A DNA stretch of 21,570 nucleotides from Utricularia gibba (taxonomy: Eukaryota; Plantae; Magnoliophyta), in contig NEEC01000289.1 of NCBI GenBank assembly GCA_002189035.1, positions 1 to 21,570 of the forward strand, given 5' to 3'. The position numbers were made by a program, and so were the translations under genes. Within the stretch, counting starts at the first letter, position 1. Each line of letters opens with the position of its first letter. Shown piece after piece: positions 1 through 9,300 of this stretch. The notes beneath the pieces are model-generated. The model did not search any database, was not told the DNA's origin, and worked only from the letters and a program-made list of their open reading frames with translations.

Positions 1-157
1 GTTTAAATTACGATATCACGTGCACCCCACATGATTTTTTCAACAACTTACTTTATACTTGAGGAGGCGGTCTTGGGGTGCACCTAGAACGGGACAAAGG
101 TCAGGTTTGGCTTGCGCCGAGAGTTAGTTGTAGCTCGGAAAATAAAGTGATGTATTT
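1..157. repeat. Sub-monomer A (~157 bp) of the dimeric unit, first copy
   Basis: Aligns to sub-monomer B at offset ~157: ACATGATTTTTTCAA (29-43) vs ACATGGTTTTTCAA (186-199); TTGAGGAGGC-GGTCT vs TTGTGGCGGCCAGTCT; GGTTTGGCT vs TGTATGGCT; AAAGTGATG vs AAAATGATG (TGATG at 148 and 305). The A/B boundary is set arbitrarily by the window start. Confidence 0.85.
20..83. repeat. 10-bp perfect inverted repeat GTGCACCCCA / TGGGGTGCAC with 44-nt spacer, present in most copies
   Basis: 20-29 is the exact reverse complement of 74-83. Function unknown. Confidence 0.8.
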
Positions 158-314
158 ATTAACGTTCAGTTTTCGGGGGCTGCCTACATGGTTTTTCAAG
201 GAACAGCTTCTCGTTTTGTGGCGGCCAGTCTCGCTGGGAACTTGGTCCTTGACCCGATTATGTATGGCTCATGAGGTCAACCGGATGCAAATCGATTAAA
301 AAAATGATGCTTTT
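158..314. repeat. Sub-monomer B (~157 bp) of the dimeric unit, first copy
   Basis: Ungapped hand comparison of consensus 61-152 with 218-309 gives 47 of 92 identical positions (51%), against roughly 25-27% expected by chance for this composition. Confidence 0.85.
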
Positions 315-3300
315 GTTTAAATTACGATATCACGTGCACCCACATGATTTTTTCAACAACTTACTTTATACTTGAGGAGGCGGTCTTGGGTGCACCTAGA
401 ACGGGACAAAGGTCAGGTTTGGCTTGCGCCGAGAGTTAGTTGTAGCTCGGAAAATAAAGTGATGTATTTATTAACGTTCAGTTTTGGGGGCTGCCTACAT
501 GGTTTTTCAAGGAACAGCTTCTCGTTTTGTGGCGGCCAGTCTCGCTGGGAACTTGGTCCTTGACCCCGATTCTGTATGGCTCATGAGGTCAACCGGATGG
601 AAATCGATTAAAAAAATGATGCCTTTGTTTTAAATTACGATATCACGTGCACCCACATGATTTTTTCAACAACTTACTTTATACTTGTGGAGGCGGTCTT
701 GGGGTGCACCTAGAACGGGACAAAGGTCAGGTTTGGCTTGCGCGAGAGTTAGTTGTAGCTCGGAAAATAAAGTGATGTATTTATTAACGTTCAGTTTTGG
801 GGGCTGCCTACATGGTTTTTCAAGGAACAGCTTCTCGTTTTGTGGCGGCCAGTCTCGCTGGGAACTTGGTCCTTGACCCCGATTATGTATGCTCATGAGG
901 TCAACGGATGCAAATTGATTAAAAAAATGATGCTTTTTTTAAATTACGATATCACGTGCACCCACATGATTTTTTCAACAACTTACTTTATACTTGAGGA
1001 GGCGGTCTTGGGGTGCACCTAGAACGGGACAAAGGTCAGGTTTGGCTTGCGCCGAGAGTTAGTTGTAGCTCGGAAAATAAAGTGATGTATTTATTAACGT
1101 TCAGTTTTCGGGGCTGCCTACATGGTTTTTCAAGGAACAGCTTCTCGTTTTGTGGCGGCAGTCTCGCTGGGAACTTGGTCCTTGACCCCGATTGTATGGC
1201 TCATCAACCGGATGGAAATTGATTAAAGAAAATGATGCCTTTTTTAAATTACGATATCACGTGCACCCCATGATTTTTTCAACAACTTACTTTATACTTG
1301 AGGAGGGGTCTTGGGGTGCACCTAGAACGGGACAAAGGTCAGGTTTGGCTTGCGCGAGAGTTAGTTGTAGCTCGGAAAATAAAGTGATGTATTTATTAAC
1401 GTTCAGTTTTGGGGGCTGCCTACATGGTTTTTCAAGGAACAGCTTCTTTTTGTGGCGGCCAGTCTCGCTGGGAACTTGGTCCTTGACCCATTCTGTATGG
1501 CTATGAGGTCAACCGGATGCAAATTGATTAAAAAAAATGATGCGTTTAAATTACGATATCACGTGCACCCCACATGATTTTTTCAACAACTTACTTTATA
1601 CTTGAGGAGGCGGTCTTGGGGTGCACCTAGAACGGGACAAAGGTCAGGTTGGCTTGCGCCGAGAGTTAGTTGTAGCTCGGAAATAAAGTGATGTATTTAT
1701 TAACGTTCAGTTTTTGGGGCTGCCTACATGGTTTTTCAAGGAACAGCTTCTCGTTTTGTGGCGGCCAGTCTCGCTGGGAACTTGGTCCTTGACCCGATTC
1801 TGTATGGCTCATGAGGTCAACCGGATGCAAATCATTAAAAAAATGATGCTTTGTTTAAATTACGATATCACGTGCACCCCATGATTTTTTAACAACTTAC
1901 TTTATACTTGGAGGCGGTCTTGGGTGCACCTAGAACGGGACAAAGGTCAGGTTTGGCTTGCGCCGAGAGTTAGTTGTAGCTCGGAAAATAAAGTGATGTA
2001 TTTATTAACGTTCAGTTTTGGGGGCTGCCTACATGGTTTTTCAAGGAACAGCTTCTCGTTTTGTGGCGGCCAGTCTCGCTGGGAACTTGGTCCTTGACCC
2101 CGATTTGTATGCTCATGAGGTCAACCGGATGCAAATGATTAAAAAAAATGATGCAAATTACGATATCACGTGCACCCCACATGATTTTTTCAACAACTTA
2201 CTTTATACTTGAGGAGGCGGTCTTGGGGTGCACCTAGAACGGGACAAAGGTCAGGTTTGGCTTGCGCCGAGAGTTAGTTGTAGCTCGGAAAATAAAGTGA
2301 TGTATTTATTAACGTTCAGTTTTCGGGGGCTGCCTACATGGTTTTTCAAGGAACAGCTTCTCGTTTTGTGGCGGCCAGTCTCGCTGGGAACTTGGTCCTT
2401 GACCCCGATTATGTATGGCTCATGAGGTCAACCGGATGCAAATCGATTAAAGATGTTTAAATTACGATATCACGTGCACCCCACATGATTTTTTCAACAA
2501 CTTACTTTATACTTGAGGAGGCGGTCTTGGGGTGCACCTAGAACGGGACAAAGGTCAGGTTTGGCTTGCGCCGAGAGTTAGTTGTAGCTCGGAAATAAAG
2601 TGATGTATTTATTAACGTTCAGTTTTGGGGGCTGCTACATGGTTTTTCAAGGAACAGCTTCTCGTTTTGTGGCGGCCAGTCTCGCTGGGAACTTGGTCCT
2701 TGACCCCGATTATGTATGGCTCATGAGGTCAACCGGATGCAAATTGATTAAAAAAAATGATGCCTTTGTTTAAATTACGATATCACGTGCACCCCACATG
2801 ATTTTTTCAACAACTTACTTTATACTTGAGGAGGCGGTCTTGGGTGCACCTAGAACGGGACAAAGGTCAGGTTTGGCTTGCGCCGAGAGTTAGTTGTAGC
2901 TCGGAAAATAAAGTGATGTATTTATTAACGTTCAGTTTTGGGGGCTGCCTACATGGTTTTTCAAGGAACAGCTTCTCGTTTTGTGGCGGCCAGTCTCGCT
3001 GGGAACTTGGTCCTTGACCCCGATTCTGTATGCTCATGAGGTCAACCGGATGCAAATTGATTAAAAAATGATGCCTTTTTAAATTACGATATCACGTGCA
3101 CCCACATGATTTTTTCAACAACTTACTTTATACTTGGGAGGCGGTCTTGGGTGCACCTAGAACGGGACAAAGGTCAGGTTTGGCTTGCGCCGAGAGTTAG
3201 TTGTAGCTCGGAAAATAAAGTGATGTATTTATTAACGTTCAGTTTTTGGGGGCTGCCTACATGGTTTTTCAAGGAACAGCTTCTCGTTTTGTGGCGGCCA

Positions 3301-6300
3301 GTCTCGCTGGGAACTTGGTCCTTGACCCCGATTCTGTATGGCTCATGAGGTCAACCGGATGCAAATCGATTAAAAAATGATGCCTTTCTTTAAATTACGA
3401 TATCACGTGCACCCCACATGATTTTTTCAACAACTTTATACTTGAGGAGGCGGTCTTGGGTGCACCTGAACGGGACAAAGGTCAGGTTTGGCTTGCGCCG
3501 AGAGTTAGTTGTAGCCGGAAAATAAAGTGATGTATTTATTAACGTTCAGTTTTCGGGGCTGCCTACATGGTTTTTCAAGGAACAGCTTCTCGTTTTGTGG
3601 CGGCCAGTCTCGCTGGGAACTTGGTCCTTGACCCGATTCTGTATGGCTCATGAGGTCAACCGGATGGATTAAAAAAATGATGCCTTTTTTAAATTACGAT
3701 ATCACGTGCACCCACATGATTTTTTCAACAACTTACTTTTACTTGAGGAGGCGGTCTTGGGTGCACCTAGAACGGGACAAAGGTCAGGTTTGGCTTGCGC
3801 CGAGAGTTAGTTGTAGCTCGGAAATAAAGTGATGTATTTATTAACGTTCAGTTTTTTGGGGGGCTGCCTACATGGTTTTTCAAGAAACAGCTTCTCGTTT
3901 TGTGGCGGCCAGTCTCGCTGGAACTTGGTCCTTGACCCCGATTGTATTGCTCATGAGGTCAACCGGATGCAAATCGATTAAAAAAATGATGCCTTTGTTT
4001 AAATTACGATATCACGTGCACCCCACATGATTTTTCAACAACTTACTTTATACTTGAGGAGGCGGTCTTGGGGTGCACCTAGAACGGGACAAAGGTCAGG
4101 TTTGGCTTGCGCCGAGAGTTAGTTGTAGCTCGGAAATAAAGTGATGTATTTATTAACGTTCAGTTTTCGGGGGCTGCCTACATGGTTTTTCAAGGAACAG
4201 CTTCTCGTTTGTGGCGGCCAGTCTCGCTGGGAACTTGGTCCTTGACCCCGATTATGTATGGCTCATGAGGTCAACCGGATGCAAATTGATTAAAAAAAAT
4301 GATGCTTTTTGTTTAAATTACGATATCACGTGCACCCCACATGATTTTTTCAACAACTTACTTTATACTTGAGGAGGCGGTCTTGGGGTGCACCTAGAAC
4401 GGGACAAAGGTCAGGTTTGGCTTGCGCCGAGAGTTAGTTGTAGCTCGGAAATAAAGTGATGTATTTATTAACGTTCAGTTTTGGGGGCTGCCTACATGGT
4501 TTTTCAAGGAACAGCTTCTCGTTTTGTGGCGGCCAGTCTCGCTGGGAACTTGGTCCTTGACCCCGATTCTGTATGGCTCATGAGGTCAACCGGATGCAAA
4601 TCGATTAAAAAAATGATGCCTTTTTAAATTACGATATCACGTGCACCCCACATGATTTTTTCAACAACTTACTTTATACTTGTCTTGGGGTGCACCTGAA
4701 CGGGACAAAGGTCAGGTTTGGCTTGCGCCGAGAGTTAGTTGTAGCTCGGAAATAAAGTGATGTATTTATTAACGTTCAGTTTTGGGGGCTGCCTACATGG
4801 TTTTTCAAGGAACAGCTTCTCGTTTTGTGGCGGCCAGTCTCGCTGGGAACTTGGTCCTTGACCCCGATTCTGTATGGCTCATGAGGTCAACCGGATGCAA
4901 ATCGATTAAAAAAATGATGCCTTTTTTAAATTACGATATCACGTGCACCCCACATGATTTTTTCAACAACTTACTTTATACTTGAGGAGGCGGTCTTGGG
5001 GTGCACCTAGAACGGGACAAAGGTCAGGTTTGGCTTGCGCCGAGAGTTAGTTGTAGCTCGGAAATAAAGTGATGTATTTATTAACGTTCAGTTTTGGGGG
5101 CTGCCTACATGGTTTTTCAAGAACAGCTTCTCGTTTTGTGGCGGCCAGTCTCGCTGGGAACTTGGTCCTTGACCCCGATTATGTATGCTCATGAGGTCAA
5201 CCGGATGCAAATCGATTAAAAAATGATGCCTTTGTTTAAATTACGATATCACGTGCACCCCACATGATTTTTCAACAACTTACTTTATACTTGAGGAGGC
5301 GGTCTTTGGGTGCACCTAGAACGGGACAAAGGTCAGGTTTGGCTTGCGCCGAGAGTTAGTTGTAGCTCGGCAAATAAAGTGATGTATTTATTAACGTTCA
5401 GTTTTGGGGGCTGCCTACATGGTTTTTCAAGGAAACAGCTTCTCGTTTTGTGGCGGCCAGTCTCGCTGGAACTTGGTCCTTGACCCCGATTTGTATGGCT
5501 CATGAGGTCAACCGGATGCAAATCGATTAAAAAAATGATGCTTTCTTTAAATTACGATATCACGTGCACCCCACATGATTTTTTCAACAACTTACTTTAT
5601 ACTTGAGGAGGCGGTCTTGGGTGCACCTAGAACGGGACAAAGTCAGGTTTGGCTTGCGCCGAGAGTTAGTTGTAGCTCGGAAAATAAAGTGATGTATTTA
5701 TTAACGTTCAGTTTTCGGGGGCTGCCTACATGGTTTTTCAAGGAACAGCTTCTCGTTTTGTGGCGGCCAGTCTCGCTGGGAACTTGGTCCTGACCCCGAT
5801 TATGTATGGCTCATGAGGTCAACCGGATGCAAATTGATTAAAAAATGATGCGTTTAAATTACGATATCGTGCACCCCACATGATTTTTTCAACAACTTAC
5901 TTTATACTTGAGGAGGCGGTCTTGGGTGCACTAGAACGGGACAAAGGTCAGGTTTGGCTTGCGCCGAGAGTTAGTTGTAGCTCGGAAATAAAGTGATGTA
6001 TTTATTAACGTTCAGTTTTGGGGGCTGCCTACATGGTTTTTCAAGGAACAGCTTCTCGTTTTGTGGCGGCCAGTCTCGCTGGGAACTTGGTCCTTGACCC
6101 CGATTCTGTATGGCTCATGAGGTCAACCGGATGCAAATCGATTAAAAAAATGATGCCTTTGTTTAAATTACGATATCACGTGCACCCACATGATTTTTCA
6201 ACAACTTACTTTATACTTGAGGAGGCGGTCTTGGGTGCACCTGAACGGGACAAAGGTCAGGTTTGGCTTGCGCCGAGAGTTAGTTAGCTCGGAAATAAAG

Positions 6301-9300
6301 TGATGTATTTATTAACGTTCAGTTTTGGGGGCTGCCTACATGGTTTTTCAAGGAACAGCTTCTCGTTTTGTGGCGGCCAGTCTCGCTGGGAACTTGGTCC
6401 TTGACCCCATTATTATGCTCATGAGGTCAACCGGATGCAAATGATTAAAAAAATGATGCTTTGTTTAAATTACGATATCACGTGCACCCCACATGATTTT
6501 CAACAACTTACTTTATACTTGAGGAGGCGGTCTTGGGGTGCACCTAAACGGGACAAAGGTCAGGTTTGGCTTGCGCCGAGAGTTAGTTGTAGCTCGGAAA
6601 TAAAGTGATGTATTTATTAACGTTCAGTTTTTGGGGGCTGCCTACATGGTTTTTCAAGAACAGCTTCTCGTTTAACGGCGGCCATGGGGGCTGCTGGGAA
6701 CTTCAACCCTTCGATTTGTGGCGGCCAGTCTCGCTGGGAACTTGGTCCTTGACCCCGATTCTGTATGGCTCATGAGGTCAACCGGATGCAAATCGATTAA
6801 AAAAATGATGCCTTTGTTTAAATTACGATATCACGTGCACCCCACATGATTTTTTCAACAACTTACTTTATACTTGAGGAGGCGGTCTTGGGTGCACCTA
6901 GAACGGGACAAAGGTCAGGTTTGGCTTGCGCCGAGAGTTAGTTGTAGCTCGGCAAATAAAGTGATGTATTTATTAACGTTCAGTTTTGGGGGCTGCCTAC
7001 ATGGTTTTTCAAGGAACAGCTTCTCGTTTTGTGGCGGCCAGTCTCGCTGGGAACTTGGTCCTTGACCCCGATTCTGTATGGCTCATGAGGTCAACCGGAT
7101 GCAAATCGATTAAAAAAATGATGCCTTTGTTTAAATTACGATATCACGTGCACCCCACATGATTTTTTCAACAACTTACTTTATACTTGAGGAGGCGGTC
7201 TTGGGGTGCACCTAGAACGGGACAAAGGTCAGGTTTGGCTTGCGCCGAGAGTTAGTTGTAGCTCGGAAAATAAAGTGATGTATTTATTAACATGTTCAAG
7301 TTTTGGGGGCTGCCTTTACATGAGGTCAACCGGATTCGATTAAAAAAATGATGCCTTTGTTTAAATTACGATATCACGTGCACCCACATGATTTTTCAAC
7401 AACTTACTTTATACTTGAGGAGGCGGTCTTGGGTGCACCTAGAACGGGACAAAGGTCAGGTTTGGCTTGCGCGAGAGTTAGTTGTAGCTCGGAAATAAAG
7501 TGATGTATTTATTAACGTTCAGTTTTGGGGGCTGCCTACATGGTTTTTCAAGGAACAGCTTTCGTTTTGTGGCGGCCAGTCTCGCTGGGAACTTGGTCCT
7601 TGACCCCGATTCTGTATGGCTCATGAGGTCAACCGGATGAAATCGATTAAAAAAATGATGCCTTTGATATCACGTGCACCCCATGATTTTTTCAACAACT
7701 TACTTTATACTTGAGGAGGCGGTCTTGGGTGCACCTCGGGACAAAGGTCAGGTTTGGCTTGCGCCGAGAGTTAGTTGTAGCTCGGAAAATAAAGTGATGT
7801 ATTTATTAACGTTCAGTTTGGGGGCTGCCTACATGGTTTTTCAAGGAACAGCTTCTCGTTTGTGGCGGCCAGTCTCGCTGGAACTTGGTCCCCCCGATCT
7901 CATGAGGTCAACCGGATGCAAATTGATTACTTTTTTTAAATTACGATATCACGTGCACCCCACATGATTTTTTCAACAACTTACTTTATACTTGAGGAGG
8001 CGGTCTTGGGGTGCACCTAGAACGGGACAAAGGTCAGGTTTGGCTTGCGCCGAGAGTTAGTTGTAGCTCGGCAAATAAAGTGATGTATTTATTAACGTTC
8101 AGTTTTGGGGGCTGCCTACATGGTTTTTCAAGGAACAGCTTCTCGTTTTGTGGCGGCCAGTCTCGCTGGGAACTTGGTCCTTGACCCCGATTCTGTATGG
8201 CTCATGAGGTCAACCGGATGCAAATCGATTAAAAAAATGATGAAATTACGATATCACGTGCACCCCACATGATTTTTTAACAACTTACTTTATACTTGAG
8301 GAGGCGGTCTTGGGGTGCACCTAGAACGGGACAAAGGTCAGGTTTGGCTTGCGCCGAGAGTTAGTTGTAGCTCGATAAAGTGATGTATTTATTAACGTTC
8401 ACTGCCTACATGGTTTTTCACAGCTTCTCAGTCTCGCTGGGAACTTGGTCCTTGACCCCGATTTGTATGCTCATGAGGTCAACCGGATTATTAAAAAAAT
8501 GATGCCTTTAAATTACGATATCACGTGCACCCCACATGATTTTTTCAACAACTTACTTTATACTTGAGGAGGCGGTCTTGGGGTGCACCTAGAACGGGAC
8601 AAAGGTCAGGTTTGGCTTGCGCCGAGAGTTAGTTGTAGCTCGGAAAATAAAGTGATGTATTTATTAACGTTCAGTTTTGGGGGCTGCCTACATGGTTTTT
8701 CAAGGAACAGCTTCTCGTTTTGTGGCGGCCAGTCTCGCTGGGAACTTGGTCCTTGACCCCGATTATGTATGCTCATGAGGTCAACCGGATGCAAATCGAT
8801 TAAAAAAATGATGCCTTTGTTTAAATTACGATATCACGTGCACCCACATGATTTTTTCAACAACTTACTTTATACTTGAGGAGGCGGTCTTGGGGTGCAC
8901 CTAGAACGGGACAAAGGTCAGGTTTGGCTTGCGCCGAGAGTTAGTTGTAGCTCGGAAAATAAAGTGATGTATTTATTAACGTTCAGTTTTGGGGGCTGCC
9001 TACATGGTTTTTCAAGGAACAGCTTCTCGTTTTGTGGCGGCCAGTCTCGCTGGAAACTTGGTCCTTGACCCCGATTCTGTATGCTCATGAGGTCAACCGG
9101 ATGCAAATCGATTAAAAAAATGATGCCTTTGTTTAAATTACGATATCACGTGCACCCCACATGATTTTTTCAACAACTTACTTTATACTTGAGGAGGCGG
9201 TCTTGGGGTGCACCTAGAACGGGACAAAGGTCAGGTTTGGCTTGCGCCGAGAGTTAGTTGTAGCTCGGAAAATAAAGTGATGTATTTATTAACGTTCAGT

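Noticed and set aside
2-11. CRESS-DNA origin nonanucleotide (TTAAATTAC vs TAATATTAC)
   Set aside because: It is a 7/9 match in AT-rich sequence with no flanking stem and no Rep ORF.
1-63. Spliced-leader RNA gene array (GTTTAAATTAC resembles the start of nematode SL1)
   Set aside because: The match stops after about 10 nt, with no complete leader, GT donor or Sm site in the right order.
79-135. 5S rRNA gene array (fragments TGCACC, AGAAC, GCTTG..GAGAGT.AGT)
   Set aside because: The matches are short and not colinear in spacing with 5S rRNA, and no 120-nt 5S fold or 3' segment follows.
139-167. XerCD dif site
   Set aside because: Only TGTAT resembles the central region; the XerC and XerD arms do not match.
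249-280. Sigma-70 promoter starting at TTGACC
   Set aside because: There is no -10 hexamer at 16-18 bp spacing and no evidence of a bacterial context.
268-296. Hammerhead ribozyme or viroid, suggested by the 314-nt size and CTCATGAG
   Set aside because: The core needs CUGANGA followed by stem II and GAAA. Here the essential G is C and I found no matching GAAA/UH arrangement on either strand. No Pospiviroidae central conserved region was recognised.
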